DNA of 64,000 nt from Chromatiaceae bacterium (GCA_003562815.1 PWTO01000182.1:7703-71702); one strand, 5' to 3'. Numbered from the stretch's first letter, positions 9,447 to 20,941 are shown. Numbers and translations are program-made. Notes: generated from the letters alone by a model not told the origin.

Positions 9447-9495
9447 GGCTTCAACCGCAGCGGCATCTCTGTTTAACCCTGAAAACGCTATGGAT

Positions 9496-10422
9496 TTACG
9501 GCCAAGCCGTCCAATCGGCCAATGGGGCCAGATTCACGGCCATATTCGAGCGCGCCCCGTGGCGGGCGTTGAGCCCGTAGACGACGCTGTGCACGCCGAC
9601 CACGCGCCCTTGATGAAGGACCGGGCCGCCGGAATCGCCGGGACAGAGCGAGGGAGCTTGGGCGGAGAGTTGACCCGCCTGGGTGTAGAAGTTGACCGCA
9701 TCGACCCGAATCACGATCGACCATCCCGAGCGGCGCACGGCAGGGAATCCAGGGTTGGAGCCGGGGTTGGAACCCGTGCTGGAACGGCCCAAAGCGGCGC
9801 AGCCGAAGCCAACCAGTTCCACCTCGGCACCCGCCCGCAACGGCGTGAAATCCACCGCCCGGGCCGGGATCGACGGGGTCGCCGTGCGCAACCGCAGTAA
9901 GGCGACATCGGGATGGCGCGCGGCGAAATGATGGCGCATGCGCAACCCCCGTTCGAGGGTGACCGCCGGCAGCGCCGATGCGCCCTCGCTCAGCTCGGCG
10001 AGACGCTGGCGTCGGTACTCGACGAACTTCGCGAGCCCCTGCTGGTAGGCCTCGGGCAACCGGGTGTCGGCGATGACCACCGTCAGCGCATCGGCTTCGG
10101 TCTCCTGGCGGTAGGCATTGTTCAGCCTGACCGACCCCCCGGGTTGAAAGGCCGGCCAGAGTTCGCCCGAGCCGGCATCGACAACGCAATGCGCCGCCGT
10201 GAGCAGGGTATGCGTGCCGATCTTCACCGCGCTGCAGCCTGCCATCCCAGCGCCGCGCAGCGTCACCACCTCGGGATGCTGCTGCGCGCTGTCTGGCTGA
10301 CCGCCGCTCAGCGCAAAGGCCCAGGGCGTCACAAGCGGCCCCAAAATCAGCCCCAAAAGCCGTCCCAGGAGCAGCCCGCTCGGCACGCGGCCGGTCACCC
10401 ATGTCAGGATCTTTATCGTCAT
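9496..10422 (-). CDS. Secreted or anchored trypsin-like serine protease (S1 family)
   Basis: TAAHC His motif and GDSGGP Ser motif. N-terminal hydrophobic signal or anchor (LLLGRLLGLILGPLV). Start taken at MTIKIL. Confidence 0.8.
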   Translation of the reverse strand: MTIKILTWVTGRVPSGLLLGRLLGLILGPLVTPWAFALSGGQPDSAQQHPEVVTLRGAGMAGCSAVKIGTHTLLTAAHCVVDAGSGELWPAFQPGGSVRLNNAYRQETEADALTVVIADTRLPEAYQQGLAKFVEYRRQRLAELSEGASALPAVTLERGLRMRHHFAARHPDVALLRLRTATPSIPARAVDFTPLRAGAEVELVGFGCAALGRSSTGSNPGSNPGFPAVRRSGWSIVIRVDAVNFYTQAGQLSAQAPSLCPGDSGGPVLHQGRVVGVHSVVYGLNARHGARSNMAVNLAPLADWTAWP

Positions 10423-10598
10423 GTATCGCCCCAACCTTGACTTGCACACAACCTAGGTCAGTCAGGTAGACTGACAGGATAATGCCATCGCCACAGGGCG
10501 AAACAGGATCATCCAGGTTGAGTTCGGATGAAGACAGCCGTTGAATTGCGTCGCCTCTGCTGCCTGTTGAGCCCAGTCTGTCCTGGCAGGGCCTCACC

Positions 10599-11123
10599 GT
10601 GCCTCTGATGAAGCGCGGCCCAACCCCGTCACGTCGGGCGCCGCGTGCCCAGCTCCCGCAGGGGGGGCTACGCGGGCTGTTGCGCAAGAGTCGCCAGGGA
10701 CTCCTCTGGAGTCTGAGTTGGGGGTTGAGCGGGGGGGTGGCCACCGGCGTTCCCGGCCTCGTCTCGGCTCAGCAAATCATCGTCAATCCCGATGTCGGCG
10801 TCGTTGCCATCGATCGCAACCGCGCTCGCTTGATCTTCAGCATGCGCGTCAATCAGTGGGGCGACAAGCAGCCGGTGACCGTCTTCGTGCTGCCAGACGA
10901 TGCCTCGCTGCACCAAGTCTTCGCCAAGAGCGCGCTCGGGCTCTATCCCTACCAGCTCAGACGCACCTGGGATCGGCTGGTCTTCTCCGGCACCGGTCAG
11001 GCGCCCGTGCAGGTCGCCAGCGAGCAAGAAATGATCGAGCGCGTCCGCCAGACTGCGGGCGCCATCGGCTACATCAGTGACCAACCGGATGCGACCGGGG
11101 TCAAGACCGTCAGGGTCGAATAG
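10599..11123 (+). CDS. Small periplasmic PBP-like (PstS-like half-domain) substrate-binding protein
   Basis: Signal-like N-terminus, then IIVNPDV...IFSMRVNQW...VFVLPD...GAIGYIS, a pattern typical of phosphate-binding-protein-like domains. Start uncertain (GTG at 10599 or ATG at 10608). Confidence 0.55.
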   Translation: MPLMKRGPTPSRRAPRAQLPQGGLRGLLRKSRQGLLWSLSWGLSGGVATGVPGLVSAQQIIVNPDVGVVAIDRNRARLIFSMRVNQWGDKQPVTVFVLPDDASLHQVFAKSALGLYPYQLRRTWDRLVFSGTGQAPVQVASEQEMIERVRQTAGAIGYISDQPDATGVKTVRVE

Positions 11124-11125
11124 CC

Positions 11126-12313
11126 ATGGACAATGCACGCCCCCTGATCGTTACCCTCGCGCTGCTGTTCGCGAGCAGCCTTGCAACCGCACAACCGACA
11201 TTGCCGAGCGGGCTACGTCTGCATGGCTTCGCCAGCCAGGGCGCGGTCCACACCAGCGGCAACCGGTTTCATGGCGACAGCCCCAAAACCTCCTTCGACT
11301 TTACCGAGATCGGCTTGAACGCCTCCTGGCGGCTGAACCCGAGGCTACTGCTGGCCGGACAGGTGCTGTCGCGGCGCGCCGGCGATATGAGCGATGGTTG
11401 GCCCAAGGTCGATTTTGCCTTGGCCGACATCACTCTGGTGACCGAGGACGAGGCACGGGCCGGCATCCGACTCGGGCGGCTGAAGAATCGTCTGGGCCTC
11501 TATAACGAGACCCGCGATGTCCCCTTCACCCATCCTGGCATCTTCCTGCCGCAGGTGGTGTATTTCGATAAGGTGCGCAACCTGGTGCTTGCCACCGATG
11601 GCGTCCAGCTGCATGGCGAACTCTACCAGCCCTTCGGCACCCTGTCGGCAACGCTTGCCAGTGGACGCCCGGTGGTCGACGAGAATGTCGAAGCGGCGTT
11701 GCTCAGAGGCCAGATCCCAGGGTCTATCGAGCCGCGCGAAAACAGTTGGCTGGCGAGCCTGTGGTTCCATTCCCCGACCGAGCGCATCAAATTCGGGCTC
11801 AGCGGCGCGTCCATCGCGTTGCAGCAGGACTGGAATCTAACCCCGGCAACACCGACGATCGATCTGACCTATTGGATCGCCTCGGCTCAGTACAACGCCG
11901 AGCACTGGAGCTTCTCGACCGAATACATGGGGCTGCCTTACCGGGGACGTGATTTCCAACCCGTGCGTCCAAACCTGAGTCAGACCTCGGAGGGCTACTA
12001 CGCCCAGCTCACCTATCGCCCAAGCCCACCGCTTGAGCTGATGCTGCGCTACGAGGAAGGCTTCGCCGATCGCGATGATCGCTCCGGCCAAACCCTCGCA
12101 CGCGTGAGCCAGGGGCTGCTGCCTAAGCAGTCGGCCTATTCGCGCATCCTCAGCCTCGGGTTGCGCTGGGATCTCTCGCGGCAGTGGATGCTGCGGGCGG
12201 AATATCAGCGCCATGCCGGCAGTTTTATCCTCTCCGAGATCGAGAACCCGAATCTGCTAGAACATGACACGCACTGGGATCTGTTCGCCGTGCAAGCGGC
12301 CTTCCGCTTCTGA
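11126..12313 (+). CDS. Outer-membrane beta-barrel (porin-like) protein
   Basis: Signal peptide ending ...SSLATAQP, alternating beta-strand pattern, and a C-terminal ...AVQAAFRF with terminal Phe (the OMP sorting signature). Confidence 0.7.
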   Translation: MDNARPLIVTLALLFASSLATAQPTLPSGLRLHGFASQGAVHTSGNRFHGDSPKTSFDFTEIGLNASWRLNPRLLLAGQVLSRRAGDMSDGWPKVDFALADITLVTEDEARAGIRLGRLKNRLGLYNETRDVPFTHPGIFLPQVVYFDKVRNLVLATDGVQLHGELYQPFGTLSATLASGRPVVDENVEAALLRGQIPGSIEPRENSWLASLWFHSPTERIKFGLSGASIALQQDWNLTPATPTIDLTYWIASAQYNAEHWSFSTEYMGLPYRGRDFQPVRPNLSQTSEGYYAQLTYRPSPPLELMLRYEEGFADRDDRSGQTLARVSQGLLPKQSAYSRILSLGLRWDLSRQWMLRAEYQRHAGSFILSEIENPNLLEHDTHWDLFAVQAAFRF

Positions 12314-12327
12314 GCGCAGGTGGCCGC

Positions 12328-14775
12328 GTGGCTGATCGGCTCCCTTCCCCTCAGCGCACTTCGCGACCTTTCCTTGGCCTGCGTTGGAAGGTGCTGCTCG
12401 GCATCAGCCTGCCCCTAGCGGCGGTCATCATCTCTCTGACCGTCTACGCGCATGAGGTGCTGATTGGCCAATTCGAGCGCCATCAAGACCAGCTGCGCAA
12501 GCGCCAGGTTGCGTATTTTTCGAACCTGCTCGCGGACCGCTATCAGCAAATGTCGCGGCTCGCCAGCCTGGTGCCGCGCCTGACCCATGAGAGCGACGAT
12601 CAGCGCGTTGTCGAGCACCTGCGGCATGTGCTGGAGGTCGATGGCGCCACGCTCGATCTGGAATGGGATATTCGCTCGGTACACTGGATTCCCCTGCGCG
12701 GCAAGCCCGTCGCACTCTGGCCGCCGGAAAGCCAAGCCCTGCCGAGACTGCTCGTGCACGAGGTCCAACAGCAGCCGGAAAGCGTGACCGAGCAGCTTCT
12801 GTGCGAGCAGGAAGTGTGCTTGCAATATCTCGCCTCTCCAGTGTTGTGGCGCGGCGAGACGGCCGGTAGCCTGGTCCTAGGGCGCACCATGGCGAGTCTT
12901 CTCTTGGCCTTCAGGGAGATCTCCCAAGCCGATCTCGTGCTCGCCACCTTAGACCACGACACCCGACCGAACGCCTCCCCGATGACCCGGCAACTGCGGT
13001 TCTTCGGCGCGACCCAGGCCGAGCAGATGCTGCCCTTACTGCGTTCCGTGCCCGCCGCAGCCTTGCTCGCCAGCAGCCCCAGCGAACCCTTGTCGATCGA
13101 ACTCGGCGAGGAGTGGTACCAGATGTTCCGTATCGACCCGGATGCCAAAGGGCTGATCGGCTTCATCGTCAATCAGACCACGGATGACCAGCGCACCATC
13201 GCCAGTTTGTCGCGAAACAGCCTGATCATCGGCCTGTTCGCCCTCGTCGTAGCCGAGATCCTGCTGCTGCTGATCATGCAGAGCCCGGTCGCGCGTATCC
13301 GCAAGCTCTCGCACCTGCTGCCGCTGCTCGCCGAGAACCGCTTCAACGCCCTCGCCGAGCACCTGCCGAGGGCACGCCACCTGATCGGCGTGCGCGATGA
13401 GATCGACGAAACCATCGAGGTCGCCAACACCCTCAATCAGCGCATGGCGCAGATGCAGGCCGAGCGGCAAGCGGCGCAACGGAAACTCCAATGGCTCGCC
13501 AATCACGACTCCTTGACCCTGCTACTCAATCGCCGCGGTTTCGATCAAGCGCTGGCGCAGGCGATCGAGCAGGCACGGCGCGCAGGAACGCAGGGCGCAC
13601 TCCTGTTCATCGATCTCGACAACTTCAAGGATGTCAACGACACCAGCGGACATCAGATCGGCGATCGCTTACTCAAACGGATGGGCAAGAAGCTCTCGGC
13701 CATGCTCGGGGAGCACGTTCAGATCGGGCGCCTCGGTGGCGATGAGTTCGCCGTGCTGCTGACCGCGCCCGAGACCGCGCCCGTCGCCATCAGCCACTTC
13801 GCCAACCAGCTCCTAGCGCGGATCCAATCGATCACCGTGCGCGCGGGCGCCCGTTGCCATCAAGTCACCGCCAGCATCGGCATCGCCCTGTTTCCCGATC
13901 ATGGCGAGGATACCGAAACAGTGATGGCCAACGCCGACCTGGCCATGTACCAAGCCAAGGCACATCAGCACCGTCATTATCACTTCTACTCCGAGCACGA
14001 CAAGGCCCGAGCGCGGGCCAATGCGCGCGTGCTGTGGGGACGCGAAATCACCGATGCGCTCAACGCCAGCCGGCTCCAGCTTTACTATCAGCCGCTGATG
14101 GAGGTCTCGACCCGGCGCATCTGGCGTGCCGAGGGTCTGTTGCGCATGCAGCTCGTCGATGGGCGTCTAGCGTTGCCCGATGAGTTCATCCCCATCGCTG
14201 AGCGTAGCGTCTTGATCAATGCCATCGACCGCTGGGTGATCGCCGAGGCGATTCGCCTGCTCGCTCGGAATCCACATCTGTCGCTCTCCGTCAATCTGTC
14301 GGCAAAAGCCTTGGCCGATACCAGCCTTGATGCCGATCTCGCGCGTTTGCTGCAAACCGCGCAGGTCGATCCGTCGCATTTGACGCTCGAGATCACCGAG
14401 ACGGTCGCAATCGAGAACATCGGCGGGGCCATTGCACGCATGAAGAGCATTCGCGCGCTTGGCTGCCACTTCGCGCTCGATGACTTCGGCAGCGGTTTTG
14501 CGTCCTACGCGTATCTCAAGGAATTGCCGGTCGACGATGTGAAGATCGATGGCAGTATGATCCGCAATCTCGATCAGAGCGTAGAAGATCGGATCTTCGT
14601 CAAGGCCGTCGTCGAGATGGCGCACAACATGGGCAAAAAGGTGGTCGCCGAATTCGTTGACTCAGAGCTGATCCTTCAGATCTTGCAGGAGATCGGCGTC
14701 GATTTTGCCCAAGGCTACTTTATCGGGCGTCCGCTGCCGCTGCCGCCGGCTGCTGCCCCTGCTTGCGCCGATTGA
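12328..14775 (+). CDS. Membrane sensor with GGDEF and EAL domains (diguanylate cyclase/phosphodiesterase)
   Basis: GTG start. Two TM helices flank a ~255-aa periplasmic domain. GGDEF at 13735-13749 (RLGGDEFAVLL). EAL-domain motifs EGLLR, DDFGSGFASYAYL and KIDGSMI. Confidence 0.9.
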   Translation: MADRLPSPQRTSRPFLGLRWKVLLGISLPLAAVIISLTVYAHEVLIGQFERHQDQLRKRQVAYFSNLLADRYQQMSRLASLVPRLTHESDDQRVVEHLRHVLEVDGATLDLEWDIRSVHWIPLRGKPVALWPPESQALPRLLVHEVQQQPESVTEQLLCEQEVCLQYLASPVLWRGETAGSLVLGRTMASLLLAFREISQADLVLATLDHDTRPNASPMTRQLRFFGATQAEQMLPLLRSVPAAALLASSPSEPLSIELGEEWYQMFRIDPDAKGLIGFIVNQTTDDQRTIASLSRNSLIIGLFALVVAEILLLLIMQSPVARIRKLSHLLPLLAENRFNALAEHLPRARHLIGVRDEIDETIEVANTLNQRMAQMQAERQAAQRKLQWLANHDSLTLLLNRRGFDQALAQAIEQARRAGTQGALLFIDLDNFKDVNDTSGHQIGDRLLKRMGKKLSAMLGEHVQIGRLGGDEFAVLLTAPETAPVAISHFANQLLARIQSITVRAGARCHQVTASIGIALFPDHGEDTETVMANADLAMYQAKAHQHRHYHFYSEHDKARARANARVLWGREITDALNASRLQLYYQPLMEVSTRRIWRAEGLLRMQLVDGRLALPDEFIPIAERSVLINAIDRWVIAEAIRLLARNPHLSLSVNLSAKALADTSLDADLARLLQTAQVDPSHLTLEITETVAIENIGGAIARMKSIRALGCHFALDDFGSGFASYAYLKELPVDDVKIDGSMIRNLDQSVEDRIFVKAVVEMAHNMGKKVVAEFVDSELILQILQEIGVDFAQGYFIGRPLPLPPAAAPACAD

Positions 14776-14796
14776 TGAGCGGTTGCCGATAAGCGG

Positions 14797-15060
14797 TTAG
14801 GGAGCCGTGCGGATCGCGGCTCGAATGCGGGCAATCAGCGCAGTCAGTTCGGCGTCGGCGGGAATGGCTTGGCCGATGAGCCAGTCTTGTAGGATTTGAT
14901 CTTGCATGCCGAGCAGACGCTCGAAGGCTTGGCGAGCATCGCTGTCGAGTTCGGCATAGCCATGCTGCAGGAAGTGGTTGAGCAGGAGATCCAGCTCAAG
15001 CATGCCGCGCCGGCATTGCCACTGCAGGCGCTTGATCTCGCGCGCATCGCGATCATTCAC
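14797..15060 (-). CDS. sdhE: Succinate dehydrogenase FAD assembly factor SdhE (YgfY/DUF339)
   Basis: 87 aa, conserved RGMLELD motif. GTG start overlaps the sdhB stop (GTGA). Confidence 0.85.
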   Translation of the reverse strand: MNDRDAREIKRLQWQCRRGMLELDLLLNHFLQHGYAELDSDARQAFERLLGMQDQILQDWLIGQAIPADAELTALIARIRAAIRTAP

Positions 15061-15785
15061 ACCGATTGCTCAAGCATCAGCTCTTTGATCTTGCCGATGG
15101 CCCGGGTCGGATTCAGCCCCTTCGGACAGACCTCGACGCAGTTCATGATGCTGTGGCAGCGGAACAGTTTGTACGGGCCTTCCAGCGCATCCAACCGCTC
15201 CTCGGTGGCCTGGTCGCGGCTGTCGGCGAGGAAGCGCCAGGATTGCAACAGCGCCGCCGGGCCGTGGAACTTCTCCGGGTTCCACCAGAACGACGGACAG
15301 GCGGTCGAGCAGCAACCGCAGAGGATGCACTCATAGAGACCGTCGAGCTTGTCGCGGTCCTCGGGCGATTGGCGGATCTCCTGCTCGGGCAGGGGATCTT
15401 TGCGGATCAGATAGGGCTCGACCGCGCGATATTGCTCGTAGAACTGGGTCATGTCGACGACCAGATCGCGGATCACCGGGCGCCCCGGCAGCGGGCGCAC
15501 CTGGATCGGCTGTTTCAGCTCGGCGATCGGCGTGATACAGGCCAGGCAGTTGGTGCCGTTGGCGTTGACTCCATCGGAGCCGCAGACGCCCTCGCCACAG
15601 GAATGGCGAAAGGCGAAGGTCTCGTCTTGCTCCTTGATCGCCAGCAGCGCCTCGCGCAGCATCATGCCCGGCTGTGCCTCGACCTCGAAGGTCTGCATAG
15701 AGGGCTTGGCGTCGGACGCGGCTGGGCTCGACTCGGCGTCGCGATCGGGCTGGTAGCGGTAGACGGAAAGGCGTATCGCGGTCAT
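15057..15785 (-). CDS. sdhB: Succinate dehydrogenase iron-sulfur subunit
   Basis: Cys clusters CGEGVCGSDG, CILCGCCSTACP and CHSIMNCVEVCPKG. Confidence 0.95.
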   Translation of the reverse strand: MTAIRLSVYRYQPDRDAESSPAASDAKPSMQTFEVEAQPGMMLREALLAIKEQDETFAFRHSCGEGVCGSDGVNANGTNCLACITPIAELKQPIQVRPLPGRPVIRDLVVDMTQFYEQYRAVEPYLIRKDPLPEQEIRQSPEDRDKLDGLYECILCGCCSTACPSFWWNPEKFHGPAALLQSWRFLADSRDQATEERLDALEGPYKLFRCHSIMNCVEVCPKGLNPTRAIGKIKELMLEQSV

Positions 15786-15797
15786 AGGCGTCTCGCT

Positions 15798-17573
<1,776 letters not shown>

Positions 17574-17578
17574 AGCAA

Positions 17579-17920
17579 TCAACCAACCTGTACCAGGATC
17601 AAGGCCTGCAGCGCCCAGAGGCCAGAGGCGAGAAACATCAGCGCGAACAGTGCCAACAGCCCGACGCGCACTCCGAGCGGCTTGACGTAATCGATCAGCA
17701 CATCGCGGATACCGACCCAAGCATGGGCCAGCAGCAACGGGATGAAGACCAGCAGGCCGAGCGCGACCCAGGGCGAGCCCGCCCAAGCCGCCAGCTGCGC
17801 ATGGTCCTGCGGTGGGGCGAACGCAAAGGAGAGCGCCAGGTAGAGCCCGAACAGGGCCAGATAGACGGCACTGACCCGTTGTACCAGCCAGGCCTTGAGC
17901 CCCGAGGCACGCCGGCTCAT
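17579..17920 (-). CDS. sdhD: Succinate dehydrogenase membrane anchor subunit SdhD
   Basis: 113 aa with three TM helices, positioned between sdhC and sdhA. Start at MSRRASGLKAW overlaps the sdhC stop by 4 nt. Confidence 0.85.
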   Translation of the reverse strand: MSRRASGLKAWLVQRVSAVYLALFGLYLALSFAFAPPQDHAQLAAWAGSPWVALGLLVFIPLLLAHAWVGIRDVLIDYVKPLGVRVGLLALFALMFLASGLWALQALILVQVG

Positions 17921-18291
17921 CGTAGCACCACCGCCCCGATCAGGGTCAGTGCCAGCGCGCTGTAGAGAGTGGTCCAGGCGGTTTTGCGAGCCATTGGGCG
18001 GTCCAGCCCCCAGCCGAGATCGAGCGCCAGATAGCGAAGCCCCGCCAGCAGGTGATGGAGCAGCGACCAGCCGAGCACCAGCAGCGCCAGTTGCCCGAAC
18101 GCACTGCTCGCCAGCGCCGCCGCAGAGGCGAATCCGGCGCTCCCCGACAGGGCCTGCGCGAACAGGGCCGCGAACACTGGGATCGCGAGCACCATCAGCA
18201 CCCCACTGACCCGATGCAGGATCGACACGACACCAGGAATCGGCAGCCGGATGCGCCAAAGTTCAAGGAAAACGGGGCGAGAGTTGACCAT
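17917..18291 (-). CDS. sdhC: Succinate dehydrogenase cytochrome b556 subunit SdhC
   Basis: 124 aa from MVNSRPVFLEL. HRVSGV heme-ligand region. First gene of sdhCDAB. Confidence 0.85.
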   Translation of the reverse strand: MVNSRPVFLELWRIRLPIPGVVSILHRVSGVLMVLAIPVFAALFAQALSGSAGFASAAALASSAFGQLALLVLGWSLLHHLLAGLRYLALDLGWGLDRPMARKTAWTTLYSALALTLIGAVVLR

Positions 18292-18406
18292 GAAGGGCTC
18301 GGTTCTCTGGGGGTTGGTGAAGCGAAGGTTTGTGCGCCGCAGCAAGGTTAGCGTTTCGTGACAGGTCGAGGCAACCACTACTTGTCTCGCAAGACGCGTG
18401 TCGGTG

Positions 18407-19531
18407 TCAGGCCGCCTTCGGCCGTTTCCAGGTGTAGACGGCCGTCACCGCGTAGTTCCAGACCACACCGACCAAGATACCGGCCAGCGCGGACAGCACC
18501 CAGAACGAATGCGCCTCGAACAGCCAGCTGGCGACGCCGACATTGGCCAGCGCCCCAATGCTGCAGGCGATGACGAACGAGAACCAACCGCGCAGCAGAT
18601 CCCAGCCACGCAAGCGCCTGTCTCGGTAGGTAAAGAGATTGTTGAGGAAGAAGTTGGTCGTCATCGCGACCAGGGTCGCCACGCTCTGAGCGACGAGGAA
18701 ACTGGTATCGGCCAGCTTAAAGCTGGTCCAAAGCACCAGCATGTGCACCAGCACACCGCTGGCGCCGATCAACGAAAAGGCGATGAAACGCACCGGTAGC
18801 ATCGGGCCGACCCATTTCTGGATCAGCATCAGCAGATATTCCCAGACCACGGCCTCGTCGAGCTTGCTCTCACCCGCCTGGCGCGGGCGAAACCGATAGG
18901 GCAGCTCGCGGAAGCGCAGCGGCCCGGGATGGGTCGCGAACAGGTCGAGCAGGAGCTTATAGCCGACTCCGCTCAGCTCGCGCGCATCGTCTTGCAACAC
19001 CTCGGCGCGCAGCATGAAGAAGCCGCTCATCGGGTCCTTCAGGTCGGCCTTGATCAGGCGCTGTCCCAAGCGGGTCGCGAAGCGGCTCATCGAGGCGCGC
19101 TGATCGTCCCAGTCGCCGACGCCGCCACCGGCGACATAGCGGCTGCCGATGACGATCTCCAAGGGCTCGGTCTGTAACTGGTGCAGCATCGTCGGCAACA
19201 GCGTCTCGTCGTGCTGCAGATCGGCATCCATCACCGCGACATAGGGGGCCGAGGTCGCCAGCATGCCCTCGATACAGGCCGACGAGAGCCCCCGGCGGCC
19301 GATCCGCTGCAGCACGCGGACCTGCGGGTGCGCGCGGGCGATGGCGCGAATACGCCGCGCGGTCCCGTCCGGGGAGTCGTCATCGACGAAGATCAGCTCC
19401 CAGTCGATGCCCGCCAGGACCGCCTGCAGACGTTCGACCATAACCGGTACATTCTCGGCTTCGTTATAGGTCGGAATCACGACCGCAAGGGTCGGCGCAC
19501 GACATGGGCTCGACAAGGCAGCCTCCGGCAT
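18407..19531 (-). CDS. Family 2 glycosyltransferase (polyprenol-phosphate glycosyltransferase-like) fused to a GtrA-like membrane domain
   Basis: LAVVIPTYNEAEN and DADLQHD GT2 motifs. C-terminal four-TM GtrA-like region. Confidence 0.8.
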   Translation of the reverse strand: MPEAALSSPCRAPTLAVVIPTYNEAENVPVMVERLQAVLAGIDWELIFVDDDSPDGTARRIRAIARAHPQVRVLQRIGRRGLSSACIEGMLATSAPYVAVMDADLQHDETLLPTMLHQLQTEPLEIVIGSRYVAGGGVGDWDDQRASMSRFATRLGQRLIKADLKDPMSGFFMLRAEVLQDDARELSGVGYKLLLDLFATHPGPLRFRELPYRFRPRQAGESKLDEAVVWEYLLMLIQKWVGPMLPVRFIAFSLIGASGVLVHMLVLWTSFKLADTSFLVAQSVATLVAMTTNFFLNNLFTYRDRRLRGWDLLRGWFSFVIACSIGALANVGVASWLFEAHSFWVLSALAGILVGVVWNYAVTAVYTWKRPKAA

Positions 19532-19753
19532 GATTGGGTATCGGGTGAATGGCGCTCGCGGCGCTGCCGCGCGCCGCCAGCCATAAACACGGACAGTCCT
19601 GGAATAAAAAGAAACGTTGGGCAAAACCCCATGGGATTTGATAGTTTATCGGATTGACCGTCGTCGCGCGCGTTTTTGCGTCGATTTACATCGACTTAAC
19701 AAAGGCTTAGACAGACCGTCCAAGACGTTCCTCATGCTATGGGAGGCCAACTG

Positions 19754-20941
19754 ATGATCAAGCCAATCGGCTCCGACGAGCTTCAACCGCGGTTTGTCTA
19801 CGACCCCAAACGCCACCACCAGTTGACCCATGAGGCCGAATCGCTGCCCTCGGTCATGATCAGCTCCCAGGCTGCCGCGAATGCCGTGATGATGGGCGCG
19901 GGCTATTTCAACCCGCTCGAAGGCTTCATGAACGTGGCCGACGCGCTCAGTGTCGCCGAGACCATGCGCACGGTCGAAGGACGCTTCTTCCCGGTCCCGG
20001 TGCTGTGCCTCATCGAGTCCGCAGAGGCCATCGCGGGCGCCGAACGGATCGCCCTGCGCGACCCCAACGTCGAGGGCAACCCGGTGCTGGCGGTGATGGA
20101 CGTCGCGGCCATCGAGACGGTCTCCGACGCGCAGATGACCGCGATGACGCAGCAGGTCTATGGCACCCAGGATACCGAACACCCCGGTGTGAAGACCTTC
20201 AACAGCCAGGGCCAAATCGCCCTCTCGGGGCCGATCGAGGTTCTGAATTTCTCCTATTTCCAGAACGACTTCCCGGACACCTTCCGCACCGCCGTCGAGA
20301 TCCGCCACGAGATCCAGGAGCGCGGATGGCGCACGGTCGTCGCCTTTCAGACGCGCAACCCGATGCACCGCGCGCACGAGGAGCTGTGCAAGATGGCCAT
20401 GGAGGCCGTTAGCGCCGATGGCGTCGTCATCCACATGCTGCTCGGTCAGCTCAAGCCCGGCGACATCCCGGCCCCAGTGCGCGATGCCGCGATCCGTAAG
20501 ATGGCCGAACACTACTTCCCGCCGAACACGGTCATGATCACGGGGTATGGCTTCGACATGCTCTACGCCGGCCCGCGCGAAGCGGTGCTGCATGCCTATT
20601 TCCGCCAGAACATGGGCGCGACCCATTTCATTATCGGGCGCGATCATGCCGGCGTCGGCGATTACTACGGCGCGTTCGAGGCCCAGACCGTGTTCGATGA
20701 GGCGGTGCCGGAAGACGCGCTCGCGATCGAGATCTTTCGCGCCGATCACACCGCCTACTCGAAGAAGCTCAATCGCGTCGTGATGATGCGCGACGCCCCG
20801 GATCATAGCAAGGACGACTTCGTTCTGCTCTCGGGCACCAAGGTGCGGGAGATGCTCGGTCGCGGAGAAGCCCCGCCGCCGGAGTTCTCGCGCCCCGAGG
20901 TCGCGCGGATTCTGATGGACTACTATCGATCGATCGCGTGA
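19754..20941 (+). CDS. sat: Sulfate adenylyltransferase (dissimilatory ATP sulfurylase)
   Basis: QTRNPMHRAHEEL and GRDHAGVG motifs. GGGAGG RBS 7 nt upstream of the ATG at 19754. Followed by aprMBA. Confidence 0.92.
   Translation: MIKPIGSDELQPRFVYDPKRHHQLTHEAESLPSVMISSQAAANAVMMGAGYFNPLEGFMNVADALSVAETMRTVEGRFFPVPVLCLIESAEAIAGAERIALRDPNVEGNPVLAVMDVAAIETVSDAQMTAMTQQVYGTQDTEHPGVKTFNSQGQIALSGPIEVLNFSYFQNDFPDTFRTAVEIRHEIQERGWRTVVAFQTRNPMHRAHEELCKMAMEAVSADGVVIHMLLGQLKPGDIPAPVRDAAIRKMAEHYFPPNTVMITGYGFDMLYAGPREAVLHAYFRQNMGATHFIIGRDHAGVGDYYGAFEAQTVFDEAVPEDALAIEIFRADHTAYSKKLNRVVMMRDAPDHSKDDFVLLSGTKVREMLGRGEAPPPEFSRPEVARILMDYYRSIA

Noticed and set aside
5702-10598. Integrative genomic island at tRNA-Leu
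   Set aside because: I found no integrase or recombinase gene, no visible direct repeat of the tRNA 3' end, and GC content like the rest of the chromosome. Only the adjacency is noted in the finding.
19646-20806. 386-aa minus-strand ORF
   Set aside because: Antisense to sat, whose ATP-sulfurylase motifs and RBS are clear.
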